Below are positions 21,700 through 32,077 of a DNA stretch of 64,000 bases, in pieces. How positions within the stretch are numbered: position 1 is the stretch's first letter; each line of letters starts with the position of its first letter. The notes under the pieces were generated by a model. That model had not been told where the DNA came from. It did not search any database and worked only from the letters and a program-made list of their open reading frames with translations. A program made the position numbers and the translations under genes. The DNA comes from an uncultured Solirubrobacterales bacterium (lineage in GTDB: Bacteria; Actinomycetota; Thermoleophilia; Solirubrobacterales; Solirubrobacteraceae): the NCBI GenBank assembly GCA_963788715.1, contig CAWBID010000023.1, positions 107,891 to 171,890 of the forward strand, read 5' to 3'.

Positions 21700-23506
21700 G
21701 CGGGGGGCGGACGCCCGTCGCTGGGCGTGGCCGGTCCTGGGGGCGATCCTGCTCGGCGCGCTGGGCTTGCGCTTGTGGGGCATCAAACAGGGCTTGCCCT
21801 ACGTCTACAACATCGACGAAGCCGGCCACTTCGTGCCCAAGGCCGTGGCGATGTCTTCGCACGGTCTCAACCCCGAGTACTTCGTCAATCCGCCCGCGCT
21901 CACCTATGTCCTGCATCTCGTGTTCGTGCTCTGGTTCGGGGGTGGGCACTCGCTTACCCGCGAGTACGCGTCCCACCCAGACCAAGTGTTCTTGGTCGCG
22001 CGCGTCACCGTAGCCGCGCTCGGCACAGGCGCGGTATGGCTGCTCTACCTGCTCGGAGCTCGTCTGTTCGACCGCCGTGTGGGCCTGCTGGCGGCCGCTT
22101 TGGAGGCGGTCGCCTTCCTGCCGGTGTTCTACGGGCATCTGGCGCTCAACGACGCCGCCACGCTACTGCCGCTCACGCTCTCCCTGTTCGGCAGCGCCGG
22201 CGTTCTACGCCACGGACGGGTCCGCGATTACGCGATCGCGGGCGTAGGGCTCGGCTTCGCCTGCGCAAGTAAGTACACGGCCGGCATTGTCGTGGTGCCT
22301 TTGGTCGCTGCCGCCGCCGCTCATTACCTGGAGGGATCGGCCGGATCGGCCGGTTCTGGCAAGCGCGTTCTTATCGGCTTGGGGACCGCCGGCGTCTGCG
22401 CGTTGGGCGCCTTCCTGCTCGCCAATCCATATGCCCTGCTCGACTTCCAGCGCTTCCACTCCGAACTTGTTCACCAGTCGAGCCTCTCCGAGGAAGCCCA
22501 AGGCAAGCTCGGCGCGCCCCGTCAAGGCGGTCTCCTCTACTACTTGTGGTCGTTCACTTGGGGGCTCGGCTGGGTACCTGTCTTGGCTGCGTTCGCAGGT
22601 GCCCTCGCACTCTGCTGGCGCCGTCCGCGCATCGCCTGGCTGCTCGTGCCCGCGCCGATCCTGTTCCTGGCCTTCATGGGTCTCCAGGACCGGTACTTCG
22701 GGCGCTGGCTGTTGCCGATCTTCCCGATCGCGTGTCTGTTGGCTGCCTACTTCGTGTTCCTGTTGCTCGAGCTTTTGATAGGCAGGGAGTCCTCTGATGT
22801 GGGACAGGGCTCCGGCGGCGCGCGTGAGCGCTCGACGGTCGTCGGCGATGGTGGTGTTGTTCGCGAAAAGGGGCGCCCCGCCCGCGCGCGCGTAGGCACG
22901 GTCCTGGTGGGCACCTTGATGGTGGTCCTGTTGCTCGCCCAAGGACTCCTCTACAGCGTCCACAACGACCTCGTGCTCGCCCGTGCCGACACGCGTAATC
23001 TGACCCGGGCCTGGATGGTGACGCACGTTCCGCCTGGTAGGCGCATAGTGCTCGAGCCGGTCGTGCTCGACTCCTGGCTGCGGGAAGGAGCGGGCGGCAA
23101 GCGCTGGCGCAAGTACGTGTCCCTGGAATCGGTGATCGCTCCTGACGGGACGCTCTCGCCGCAGACCGCCCATCCCGTTGCCTTGGAGAACTACGAGACA
23201 ACGCTCGCCCCGTCTCTGATCGGCTGGTATGAGCGCCAAGGGTACTGTTGGGTGATAACCGGCTCGACCGAGTCCGGTCGCGCCTTCGCCGACCCTTCGG
23301 CAGCGCCTCTGGCGGTCGCCTACTACCACGCGCTGGCCGCTCAAGCAGAAGTCGCCTATAGAGCTTCGCCCTATTCCCCAAGCGGCAAGCCGCCGGGATT
23401 CAACTTCGATTGGAGCTTTGACTATTACCCGCTCTCCTTTCACCGGCCGGGCCCGCAAATGACCATCTATCGATTGCGGGGTGGACGTTGCTTAGGCCGG
23501 GTATGA
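21686..23506 (+). CDS. GT-C (PMT_2/ArnT-like) glycosyltransferase
   Basis: NIDE acidic loop after TM1, YFVNPP, ARVTVAALG, ASKY, RWLLP; multiple TM helices. Confidence 0.8.
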   Translation: MATAERGADARRWAWPVLGAILLGALGLRLWGIKQGLPYVYNIDEAGHFVPKAVAMSSHGLNPEYFVNPPALTYVLHLVFVLWFGGGHSLTREYASHPDQVFLVARVTVAALGTGAVWLLYLLGARLFDRRVGLLAAALEAVAFLPVFYGHLALNDAATLLPLTLSLFGSAGVLRHGRVRDYAIAGVGLGFACASKYTAGIVVVPLVAAAAAHYLEGSAGSAGSGKRVLIGLGTAGVCALGAFLLANPYALLDFQRFHSELVHQSSLSEEAQGKLGAPRQGGLLYYLWSFTWGLGWVPVLAAFAGALALCWRRPRIAWLLVPAPILFLAFMGLQDRYFGRWLLPIFPIACLLAAYFVFLLLELLIGRESSDVGQGSGGARERSTVVGDGGVVREKGRPARARVGTVLVGTLMVVLLLAQGLLYSVHNDLVLARADTRNLTRAWMVTHVPPGRRIVLEPVVLDSWLREGAGGKRWRKYVSLESVIAPDGTLSPQTAHPVALENYETTLAPSLIGWYERQGYCWVITGSTESGRAFADPSAAPLAVAYYHALAAQAEVAYRASPYSPSGKPPGFNFDWSFDYYPLSFHRPGPQMTIYRLRGGRCLGRV

Positions 23507-23533
23507 CGCCCGAGGGCCTATCCTGATCAGCGC

Positions 23534-24667
23534 ATGGCGATCACCACGGACACCGATCGAGTACACCTGAGGCGGGCCATCGAGCTGGCCGAGCAAGGCG
23601 CGCACGACGTCAAGCCAAACCCCGTTGTAGGTGCCGTCGTGGCACGCGACGAGAAGGTGCTCGGTGAAGGACGCCACGAACGCTTCGGAGGCCCACACGC
23701 AGAGGTCAATGCGATCGCGGCGTGCGGCGCAGCGGACCTAACCGGCGCCACTTTGTACATATCGCTTGAGCCCTGCTGCCACGAAGGCAAGACTCCACCG
23801 TGCACCGACGCGATCATGCAGGCGGGCATTGGGCGGGTCGTCGTGGCCTCCGACGATCCCACCGAGAAGGCATCGGGGCGCGGCCTGGGCATCCTGCGCG
23901 ACGAGGGCGTTGAGGTCGTCGTCGCCGACGGCGAGCTGGCAGCGCGCGCGCGCCTGCTCAACCAGGCCTTCCGCAAGCACGCTCGCGTGGGGCGGCCCTG
24001 GGTTCTGTTCAAGTCGGCGATGACTTTGGACGGCAAGGTGGCAACCAGGGCTGGAGACTCCCAGTGGATCAGCGGCGAGGAAAGTCGCTTGTTGGCCCAC
24101 ACCTGGCGCGCCTCGGTCGACGCGGTCGTAGTGGGAATTGGCACAGCCTTGGCGGACGATCCCCAGCTGACGGCTCGACCCGACGGGATCCTCGCCGAGC
24201 TTCCGCGCCAGCCCCGTCGTGTCGTCTTCGACTCGCTCGCCCGCCTGCCGATCGCCTCGCAATTGGTCAGCGCCGTGGACCGGATTCCCCTGACGGTCGT
24301 GGTCTCACGGGCGGCCGCAAGGGCAGACACCGATGCTTTGGAGGCAGCCGGCGTCCAGGTGCTTGTGGCCACGGGGGAGAACGAGCCGGCACGCGTGCGC
24401 TCCGCCCTGGAGCAGCTGGGCGGCGAGGGCATCGCCTCCGTGCTCTTGGAGGGAGGGCCTCACCTTGCGGGCGCCTTCCTGGATGCGGGCGAGATCGACG
24501 AGATCCGCTTGTTCCTTGCCCCGATTCTGCTTGGCGGGCGCAGCGCGCGCGACCCATTGGAGGGGGAGGGAGTGGAGCGCATCTCCGAGGCCATGCGAGC
24601 ACTCACGCTCGACTGCTCACGGGTTGGCGAGGACCTCCTGATATCGGCACGCTTGCGCGAGTGGTAG
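23534..24667 (+). CDS. ribD: Bifunctional riboflavin deaminase/reductase RibD
   Basis: PNPVVGAV, HAE, LEPCCHEGKTPPC, TLDGK, LLEGG. Confidence 0.97.
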   Translation: MAITTDTDRVHLRRAIELAEQGAHDVKPNPVVGAVVARDEKVLGEGRHERFGGPHAEVNAIAACGAADLTGATLYISLEPCCHEGKTPPCTDAIMQAGIGRVVVASDDPTEKASGRGLGILRDEGVEVVVADGELAARARLLNQAFRKHARVGRPWVLFKSAMTLDGKVATRAGDSQWISGEESRLLAHTWRASVDAVVVGIGTALADDPQLTARPDGILAELPRQPRRVVFDSLARLPIASQLVSAVDRIPLTVVVSRAAARADTDALEAAGVQVLVATGENEPARVRSALEQLGGEGIASVLLEGGPHLAGAFLDAGEIDEIRLFLAPILLGGRSARDPLEGEGVERISEAMRALTLDCSRVGEDLLISARLREW

Positions 24668-24670
24668 CTG

Positions 24671-24778
24671 ATGAGCGCGCATGACGGCGCTGGGCGGCGT
24701 CCTCAGTCGCTCATGTGCAAAGCACATTTCGCGGGGTGGGTGGGCTCGTCAGTCCTGGCCCAGCTTGTCCTGCGCACC
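24671..24778 (+). repeat. Structured intergenic repeat (REP/MIRU-like), copy 1
   Basis: 55/62 nt identical to 37599-37660; internal hairpin ATGTGC-AAA-GCACAT. Confidence 0.85.
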
Positions 24779-24804
24779 TATCAGCGGCATAAGGAGGAGA
24801 GATC

Positions 24805-25407
24805 GTGTTCACCGGCTTGATCGTCGATATCGGCAGCGTTCGCAACGTGGAGTTGGGCTCTGACGGCGCCGCGCTCGAGATCTCGACACGCCTCGCGCGC
24901 GAGCTAGGTGAGGGCGACTCGGTGGCTGTCAACGGGGTCTGTCTGACCGCGACCTCTGTGGATGAGGCGAGCTTCAGGGCGCAGGCCATGGCCGAGACGC
25001 TGCGGCGATCCTCCCTGGAGAGCCTCCAGAGCGGCTCCCCGGTCAATTTGGAGCTGGCGCTGCGCGCCGACGGGCGCCTGGGTGGGCACATCGTCCAAGG
25101 GCACGTGGACGGCACCGGAACGATCGAAGGCATCCACGAGGAGGGTTTTGCACGGGTGTTGGACATCGAGCTGGAAGCCGGTCCTGGGGAGGGCTTGGCG
25201 CGCTACCTGGTGGAGAAGGGATCGGTCGCGGTGGACGGGGTGAGCCTGACAGTGAGCAAGTTGCGCGAGGATGGCTTTTCCGTGTCGCTCATCCCCGAGA
25301 CGCTCACCCACACGAATCTCGGAGGGGCGCAGGTTGGGGGTCGGGTCAACATCGAGGCGGACATTCTCGCCAAGCACATAGAGCGACTGATGGAGGCCCG
25401 CATATGA
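24805..25407 (+). CDS. ribE: Riboflavin synthase
   Basis: [40 protein letters not shown]; SD AAGGAGG. Confidence 0.96.
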   Translation: MFTGLIVDIGSVRNVELGSDGAALEISTRLARELGEGDSVAVNGVCLTATSVDEASFRAQAMAETLRRSSLESLQSGSPVNLELALRADGRLGGHIVQGHVDGTGTIEGIHEEGFARVLDIELEAGPGEGLARYLVEKGSVAVDGVSLTVSKLREDGFSVSLIPETLTHTNLGGAQVGGRVNIEADILAKHIERLMEARI

Positions 25408-26690
25408 GCACGTCCAAGACAAAGACGCCGTTCGCAACCATCGAGGAGGCGATCGAGGAGATCAGGCAGGGCAAGATGATCGTGGTCTGCGACGACGAGG
25501 ATCGCGAGAACGAGGGCGACCTCACGATGGCGGCTCAGTTCGCGACGCCGGAGGCGATCAACTTCATGGCCAAGGAGGGGCGCGGCCTGATCTGTCTGTC
25601 GCTCACCTCTGAGCGCTGCGACGAGCTCGGGCTCGATCTGATGGCCGCCAAGAACGAGTCTTCCTTCGAAACGCCCTTCACCGTGTCGGTAGAGGCGCGG
25701 GAGGGCGTCACCACCGGCATCTCCGCTCACGATCGCGCGCACACGATTCAGGTCGCGATCGACCCCGAGAGCGCCCCTCGGGACTTGGTCCAACCGGGTC
25801 ACGTGTTTCCGCTCAAGAGTCGCGCCGGCGGTGTCCTGGAGCGCGCCGGGCAGACTGAGGCCGCGGTGGACCTCGCGCGCTTGGCGGGTTTGAACCCAGC
25901 CGGAGTGATCTGCGAGGTGATGAACGACGACGGCACGATGGCGCGTGTGCCGGACCTGGTCGCCTACTGCGCCCGCCACGGGCTGAAGATGATTACGGTC
26001 GCCGACCTGATTGCCTATCGTCGGCGCCACGACAAGCTCGTCGAGCGGGTCGTCTCCACGCGACTGCCGACTGCCTTCGGTGATTTCGAGGCGGTCGGGT
26101 ATCGCTCGCTGGTGGACGACAAGCACCACGTCGCGCTCGTCAAGGGTGAGGTTGCAGGGCGCGAGGACGTGCTTGTGCGAGTGCATTCGGAGTGCCTCAC
26201 AGGCGACGTGTTCCATTCCCTGCGCTGCGATTGCGGCGAGCAGCTAGCCTCGGCGCTGGCGATGATCGAGCAGGAGGGAGAGGGTGTCCTGCTGTATCTC
26301 TCGCAGGAGGGCAGGGGCATCGGACTGCTCAACAAGCTGCGTGCGTATCGCCTGCAGGAGGACGGCCTGGACACCGTCGAAGCCAATGAGCGCCTGGGTC
26401 TGCCCGCCGATCTGCGTGACTATGGGATAGGGGCGCAAATCCTCGTGGATCTCGGCCTCAGCTCGATCAGGATCCTCACCAACAATCCCAAGAAGATCAA
26501 GGGCTTGGAGGGCTACGGCCTATCAGTCAGCGCCCAGATCCCGATCGAGCACGCCCCCAACGAGCACAACGAGGCGTACCTGCGCACCAAGGCGCAGCGC
26601 ATGGGTCACATCCTGCACCACCAAGGACTTAATCTAGACGCCGAGCTGTTGCACTCCGAGCGCGAGACAGACCGCGAGCGCGAGCAATGA
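25404..26690 (+). CDS. ribBA: DHBP synthase / GTP cyclohydrolase II
   Basis: [41 protein letters not shown]. Confidence 0.97.
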   Translation: MSTSKTKTPFATIEEAIEEIRQGKMIVVCDDEDRENEGDLTMAAQFATPEAINFMAKEGRGLICLSLTSERCDELGLDLMAAKNESSFETPFTVSVEAREGVTTGISAHDRAHTIQVAIDPESAPRDLVQPGHVFPLKSRAGGVLERAGQTEAAVDLARLAGLNPAGVICEVMNDDGTMARVPDLVAYCARHGLKMITVADLIAYRRRHDKLVERVVSTRLPTAFGDFEAVGYRSLVDDKHHVALVKGEVAGREDVLVRVHSECLTGDVFHSLRCDCGEQLASALAMIEQEGEGVLLYLSQEGRGIGLLNKLRAYRLQEDGLDTVEANERLGLPADLRDYGIGAQILVDLGLSSIRILTNNPKKIKGLEGYGLSVSAQIPIEHAPNEHNEAYLRTKAQRMGHILHHQGLNLDAELLHSERETDREREQ

Positions 26691-27115
26691 GATACGCAAT
26701 CGCGATCGGACGCTTCTACGAGGATCTGGCCGCGCGACTAGAAAAGGGAGCGCTCGCCGTGTTTACCGAGGCGGGGCACACCGACGTGGATGTGTTCGAC
26801 GTGCCGGGTGCCTTCGAGTTGCCGCTCGCCGCGAGTTATGCGGCCGCTGCGGGCTTCGATGGGGTCGTCTGTCTCGGCGCTGTGATCCGCGGTGAGACCG
26901 ACCACTACGACTTCGTGTGCGCCGAGGCGGCGCGTGGCATCCAGCAGGTCTCGCTGGAGACGGGTGTGCCATGCGCGTTCGGTGTATTGACCTGCTCGAC
27001 GATGGAGCAGGCGCTCGCTCGCGCGGGCGGGGGAAAGCGCGACCAGGGGGCACATGCTGCCGAGGCAGTGCTCAGGATGAGCGCGCTGCGGGCACAGCTT
27101 GCCCCGAGCGGCTAG
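26687..27115 (+). CDS. ribH: 6,7-dimethyl-8-ribityllumazine synthase
   Basis: [28 protein letters not shown]. Confidence 0.96.
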   Translation: MRYAIAIGRFYEDLAARLEKGALAVFTEAGHTDVDVFDVPGAFELPLAASYAAAAGFDGVVCLGAVIRGETDHYDFVCAEAARGIQQVSLETGVPCAFGVLTCSTMEQALARAGGGKRDQGAHAAEAVLRMSALRAQLAPSG

Positions 27116-27128
27116 ACTGGCGAGCTCC

Positions 27129-27320
27129 ATGGCCAAGGTATGTCACAGCTGCGGGAAGGGTCCCGCATTCGGCAACAGCCGCAGTCACTCGATGGTCGCC
27201 ACCAAGCGCCGCTTCGATCCCAACCTGCAGAAGGTCAAGATCCTCGTCGGCAAGGCACCCCGTCGCGTATACGTCTGCACGCGCTGCTTGAAGGCCGGCA
27301 AGGTTACGAAGGCCCTCTGA
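27129..27320 (+). CDS. rpmB: 50S ribosomal protein bL28 (Zn-binding form)
   Basis: [21 protein letters not shown]...[10 protein letters not shown]...[11 protein letters not shown]. Confidence 0.96.
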   Translation: MAKVCHSCGKGPAFGNSRSHSMVATKRRFDPNLQKVKILVGKAPRRVYVCTRCLKAGKVTKAL

Positions 27321-27377
27321 ACAGTCGTCCGGACCGTCCCCTGCGAGGGATAGTCTGTTTCGGCGAGGAGTGGCTTT

Positions 27378-29138
27378 GTGAGTGATACGAACCTGATCCG
27401 GTTCAGAGCGGCGGTAGCCGGTGCTCTGGCGCACCTTGAGTCCCGTCGCAAGGAGGTCAACGACCTGAACGTGTTCCCGGTTGCAGACGGGGATACGGGC
27501 GACAATATGGTGCTGACGCTCAGGGCTGTGCTCGAGGAGCTCGACCGTTTGCAGGACGGCAACGCTTCGCGCACGATCGACGAGATCGGCAGGGAGGAGA
27601 TCGTGCAGTCGGTTGCCCGGGCGGCCTTGCTCGGCGCGCGAGGCAACTCGGGGGTGATCCTCTCGCAGTTGATCAGGGGGGCGGCCGAGGAGCTAGTGAG
27701 CCGGCCTGGGCAGCTGATAGACGCCACATTGATCGGCGCGGCGCTGGCAAACGCCGCCGACAAGGCCTACGCGTCGGTGCGCGAGCCGGCTGAGGGCACG
27801 ATCTTGACGGTGGCTCGCGAGATGGCCCACGGGATCATGGCCGATGTAGCTCACAGCGAGGACGCGGGGCGGCTCGGTCCAGGAACCGAGCCACGCGAGC
27901 AGGACCTGGCGATCGCAAAGACGTTGGAGTGCGCGGTTGAGGCGGGCACCGACTCGGTCAAGCGCGGACCCGAGATGCTCGCGGCCTTGCGCGAAGCCGG
28001 TGTGGTGGACGCCGGGGGGCACGCCCTGACCGTGATCTTCGCCGGGGTCGTGGCTGCCTTGCGCGATGAAGCGCCTCCCGAGCTCGAGCACTACGCGCCG
28101 GCCAAGATCACCCACCCCGAGCACAGCTCCAGCACTTACCGCTACTGCACCAATTTCGCGGTCACTGGCACCGACCTTGAGTCCTCGCGCTTCAGCGCTC
28201 AACTGGGGCAGCTCGGCGATTCGGTTCTGGTGGTGGGCGACCTGAGCACCCTGAAGGTGCACTTGCATACCGACGAGCCCGAGCGGGCCACGGCGCTGTT
28301 CGAGGGAGTCGGCGAGGTTTCGCATCTCGATGTGGCCGACATGCGCGTCCAGGTGATCGAGCGTGAGCGGCGCCTTGCGCAAAATGGAGCGCGCGTTGCG
28401 CATAACGGAGCTATGCATAACGGAGCGACACACGCGCGCGCGGACGCGCGCGCAGGGCACCCGATCGAGGAGATACTCACCCAACCGGTCGACGAGCGAG
28501 CCGAGCGTGTGCGCTGCGGTGCCTTGGCGGTAGTGAGCGGCGCCGGGCTCACGCAGATGTATCGCGAACTCGGCGTTCACACGATCGACGGTGGGCCAAC
28601 CTTGAACCCCTCCACTTACGAACTGTTGGCGGGAATACACGAGGTGCCGGCCGAGGAGGTCGTGGTGTTGCCAGGGAGCGCCAACGTGGTAATGGCCGCT
28701 GAGCGCGCTGCCGAGCTCTCCGACAAGCAGGTAGTGGTCGTGCCGGCCACGACCCAACAAACGGGTCTAGCGGTTGCGGTTGCCCTTGAGAGCGACCGCA
28801 ACGTTCGTGAAAACGCGCAGGCCATGAACGAAGCGCTCGCGGCGCTGCGCACAGGAGCGGTCGCCCAGGCGGCGCGAGCGGATGCTCAAGGACGCTTCGG
28901 TGAGGGTGAGGCGGTGGGCTTCGTCGAGGAGGAGGTCGTCGCTTGGGGCGAGCCGCGCGAGACGCTGGCGGCGGTGATGGCGGAGCTAGCCTCCAGCGCC
29001 GAGCTGGTGAGCGTCCTCGCGGGTGCAGAGGCTCCGTTGGAGCTGTCTGAGCTGGAGGGCATCATGGACGGCCATGTCGAGCTCGAGCTTCGCAATGGTG
29101 GTCAGTCAGCCTACTGGTGGCTGCTCGCCGCCGAGTAG
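27378..29138 (+). CDS. DAK2 domain protein (fatty acid kinase FakA/YloV-like)
   Basis: LNVFPVADGDTGDNM, GARGNSGVILSQ, PAEGTILTV, VVDAGG, YRYCT; between rpmB and recG. Confidence 0.9.
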   Translation: MSDTNLIRFRAAVAGALAHLESRRKEVNDLNVFPVADGDTGDNMVLTLRAVLEELDRLQDGNASRTIDEIGREEIVQSVARAALLGARGNSGVILSQLIRGAAEELVSRPGQLIDATLIGAALANAADKAYASVREPAEGTILTVAREMAHGIMADVAHSEDAGRLGPGTEPREQDLAIAKTLECAVEAGTDSVKRGPEMLAALREAGVVDAGGHALTVIFAGVVAALRDEAPPELEHYAPAKITHPEHSSSTYRYCTNFAVTGTDLESSRFSAQLGQLGDSVLVVGDLSTLKVHLHTDEPERATALFEGVGEVSHLDVADMRVQVIERERRLAQNGARVAHNGAMHNGATHARADARAGHPIEEILTQPVDERAERVRCGALAVVSGAGLTQMYRELGVHTIDGGPTLNPSTYELLAGIHEVPAEEVVVLPGSANVVMAAERAAELSDKQVVVVPATTQQTGLAVAVALESDRNVRENAQAMNEALAALRTGAVAQAARADAQGRFGEGEAVGFVEEEVVAWGEPRETLAAVMAELASSAELVSVLAGAEAPLELSELEGIMDGHVELELRNGGQSAYWWLLAAE

Positions 29139-29196
29139 CACAGGCGACTGGTCTCCCGTTGGCTTTGCGGCCGCGGAGCGTCTTACCCACGTCCAG

Positions 29197-31410
29197 ATGT
29201 TGAACGCGCCCGTACGCTGGCCCCGCCCTTCGCGCTTGACCACGCCGCTTACACATAAGACCGCTAAGACGAGGGAGGGACTGGCGGCGCTGGGACTGGA
29301 CACCGTGGGGGACTTGCTCGAGCACATGCCTAGGGATCGTCGCGAGGCGCGCACGGTTGCCGATCTGCAAGCCGGCGAGCAGGCGACGGTGCTCGTTGAG
29401 GTCCGCTCGATCGCTGGCCGCCCGGTAAGGCGGCGGGGTATGCGCGGGCTGGTGGAGGCGGTCGTGTTTGACGAGACGAGTTCGATGCGTGCCACGTTCT
29501 TCAACCAGCCTTGGTTGGTGGGCCGCTATCCGGTCGGCACCCACCTTGTATTGCACGGCAAGGCCGAGAAGGGCGGACGTTTCAAGGTTTCCCATCATGC
29601 GCTCGGATCGCGGGAGGGCGCCTCTGACGGCCGGGAAGACACGGCTCGTGGTAGCGCGAACCTCGCCCCGGGCGGCGCTGTTGTCGGACGAGGCGGGTCT
29701 GTGGCTCACTATCCGGCGGCCGAGGGCGTCAGCTCCACCCAGATATTGGCGCTCGTGCAAGAGCATGGCAGCGCTTTGGGTGAGGTGGTGGAGCCACTCG
29801 CGGCCGAGCTGCGTGTAGCCGAAGATTTGCCCGGACGCGCGAGCGCGCTCGCGGCGATGCACTTCGGTGGTGGGCCCGACGCTTCCCAAGAAGGGCGCAG
29901 GCGCCTGGCCTTCGACGAGTTGTTGCTTGCTCAGCTCGTCTTCTTGACTCGTCGTGAGCGTAGGGCCGGCGAAACCCGGGCGCTTGCTCTGTGCGAGCCG
30001 CCCAGTTTGAGCGGGCGCTGGTTGAAGCGGGGCCTCCCGTTTGAGCTGACAAGCGACCAGCACAAAGCGATCGCGACGATCGAAGAGGAGCTCGCGGGCG
30101 AGCGTCCGATGCAGCGTTTGTTGATGGGCGAGGTGGGGAGCGGCAAGACAGTTGTCGCGCTGCACGCGATGTTGCGCGCGGTCGAGCATGGTGCTCAAGC
30201 AGCGTTGATGGCACCGACCGAGACGCTGGCCGAACAGCATTTCGCGACCGTGCAGAGGCTACTCGGAGACGAGTCGGTCGCGGTTGCGCTGCTAAGCGGC
30301 TCGACGCCGGCACGACGGCGCGCGGACACGCTTGGCAAGCTGGCGAGCGGCGAGCTGGCATTGATCGTGGGCACCCATGCGTTGATCGAGCCCGACGTGC
30401 GCTTTCGGGCGCTGGCCGTGGCTGTGGTCGATGAGCAGCATCGCTTCGGGGTACGCCAGCGAGCGGCACTCGGTGAAGGTGGGCCCCCTGACCAAGACTT
30501 GGGCTTGGGCGAGACAGGGGTCGTGGGACGGCCGCACACGCTGCACATGACGGCGACCCCGATCCCGCGCACGCTCGCTTTGGCGCGTCACGGAGATCTC
30601 GATAGGACCCTATTGCGCGAGTTGCCGCGCGAACGCAGGCCGATCGAGACGCGCATAGTTGCGGGCGAAAGTGGCCGCGGGGAGGCGTATCGCCTGCTGC
30701 GCGAGCAGCTCGCGCAAGGTCGTCAGGCTTATGTGGTGTGTCCACTTGTCGAGGACGCTGAGTCGTCTACCGCTCAGCCGGCTTCAAGCGCCGGCAGCGG
30801 CGAAGGGCCGGGCGAGTTGCGCGCGGCGAGCGCCGAGTTTGAGCGGTTGCAAACGGGCGAGCTGAAGGGCTTCCAATTGGAGTTGTTGCACGGTCAGATG
30901 CGTCCTCGAGAGAAGCAGGCGGCAATGGAGGCTTTCGCGTCCGGTCGGGCTCAGGTCTTGGTGGCGACGACCGTGATCGAGGTGGGCGTGGATGTGCCCA
31001 ATGCGACGGTCATGCTGGTGGAGAATGCGGAGCGTTTCGGCATCTCTCAGCTGCACCAGTTGCGTGGGCGCGTGGGGCGTGGCGAGCACGCTTCGACTTG
31101 TCTTTTGTCGGGTCCTACAGGCTCGCTGCGCTTGCGGGCGCTGGCTGAGCATTCCGACGGCTTCAAGCTCGCCGAGATCGACTTGCGGTTGCGCAAGGAG
31201 GGCGAGCTGGTGGGCACTAAACAGTCGGGACTTGGACAATTCAAGTTCGCGAGTTTGCCTGAGGATGGAGACCTACTCGAGCGAGCGCGCGCTTGGGCGC
31301 GGCGGATCTTGGCGCTCGACCCCGGACTTGAGGGTCCGCTGTATGGCCTGCTGGGCGGTGCGCTTGAAGAAGAGTTCGGTGCCGAGGCATTGCAGCCGAT
31401 TCCAGCTTGA
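29197..31410 (+). CDS. recG: ATP-dependent DNA helicase RecG (start uncertain, may lie up to about 80 nt upstream)
   Basis: MQRLLMGEVGSGKT, DEQHRFGV, MTATPIPRTL, QLHQLRGRVGRG. Confidence 0.95.
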   Translation: MLNAPVRWPRPSRLTTPLTHKTAKTREGLAALGLDTVGDLLEHMPRDRREARTVADLQAGEQATVLVEVRSIAGRPVRRRGMRGLVEAVVFDETSSMRATFFNQPWLVGRYPVGTHLVLHGKAEKGGRFKVSHHALGSREGASDGREDTARGSANLAPGGAVVGRGGSVAHYPAAEGVSSTQILALVQEHGSALGEVVEPLAAELRVAEDLPGRASALAAMHFGGGPDASQEGRRRLAFDELLLAQLVFLTRRERRAGETRALALCEPPSLSGRWLKRGLPFELTSDQHKAIATIEEELAGERPMQRLLMGEVGSGKTVVALHAMLRAVEHGAQAALMAPTETLAEQHFATVQRLLGDESVAVALLSGSTPARRRADTLGKLASGELALIVGTHALIEPDVRFRALAVAVVDEQHRFGVRQRAALGEGGPPDQDLGLGETGVVGRPHTLHMTATPIPRTLALARHGDLDRTLLRELPRERRPIETRIVAGESGRGEAYRLLREQLAQGRQAYVVCPLVEDAESSTAQPASSAGSGEGPGELRAASAEFERLQTGELKGFQLELLHGQMRPREKQAAMEAFASGRAQVLVATTVIEVGVDVPNATVMLVENAERFGISQLHQLRGRVGRGEHASTCLLSGPTGSLRLRALAEHSDGFKLAEIDLRLRKEGELVGTKQSGLGQFKFASLPEDGDLLERARAWARRILALDPGLEGPLYGLLGGALEEEFGAEALQPIPA

Positions 31411-31488
31411 GCGGGCGAATGTAGTGGCGCCGAAGCGGCCGAATTGTGCGTGGACTCGCCTCGATGGCAAGGCAGGGGGGAAGCCGGC

Positions 31489-32046
31489 ATGAGAGTGGTC
31501 GCCGGGCGTTTGGGTGGGCGTCGCCTGCAATCCCCCAAAGGTCGGGCGACGCGTCCGACCTCTGATCGCGTCAAGGAGGCGCTCTTTTCGATGCTAGGCG
31601 GGCTGGACGGCGTCATCGCCCTGGACTTGTTTGCGGGGACAGGTGCGCTCGGTATCGAGGCGCTCTCCAGGGGCGCCGAGCGGGCGGTGTTCGTCGAGCA
31701 CGACAGGGCTGCCATAGCTGCGATCAGGGCAAATTTGGCCTCGCTTGGGCTGGACGGATCGCAAGCCGAACTGCGCGTGGGGGACGCGCGCGGTGCCCTG
31801 CGCGCCGCACGCGAGGCTGGCGAAACGTACGATCTCGTGTTCGTCGATCCTCCATACGATCATGTGCGCGAGTGGGCGAGCGAGCTGGTAGAGCTTTTGC
31901 CGGCGGTGCTCGCACCCGGTGCGCGCGTGGTGGTCGAGAGCGATCGGCGGGCGCCGGCGGAGCTGCCTCTTGCGGTGGCGCAGAGCAAGCGCTACGGCGA
32001 CACCACGATCACAATCCACGTCACAGAGGATCACGATGAGTGTTGA
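31489..32046 (+). CDS. rsmD: 16S rRNA m2G966 methyltransferase
   Basis: MRVVAG, TRPTSDRVKEALF, DLFAGTGALGIEALSRGA, DPPY. Confidence 0.95.
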   Translation: MRVVAGRLGGRRLQSPKGRATRPTSDRVKEALFSMLGGLDGVIALDLFAGTGALGIEALSRGAERAVFVEHDRAAIAAIRANLASLGLDGSQAELRVGDARGALRAAREAGETYDLVFVDPPYDHVREWASELVELLPAVLAPGARVVVESDRRAPAELPLAVAQSKRYGDTTITIHVTEDHDEC

Positions 32047-32077
32047 CAGTCACAGGGCATCAAGATGAGCGTTGACA
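32020..32077. repeat. 29-bp imperfect tandem duplication of the rsmD/coaD junction
   Basis: GTCACAGAGGATCACGATGAGTGTTGACA followed by GTCACAGGGCATCAAGATGAGCGTTGACA (25/29 identical). Confidence 0.8.

Noticed and set aside
23507-24804. FMN riboswitch before ribD or in the ribD-ribE spacer
   Set aside because: ribD has only a 27-nt spacer; the ribD-ribE spacer lacks RFN motifs and is instead a repeat also found at rnc-smc
28380-28430. Short tandem repeat GCATAACGGAGC in the DAK2 gene
   Set aside because: In-frame HNGA duplication in a variable linker; no sign of function
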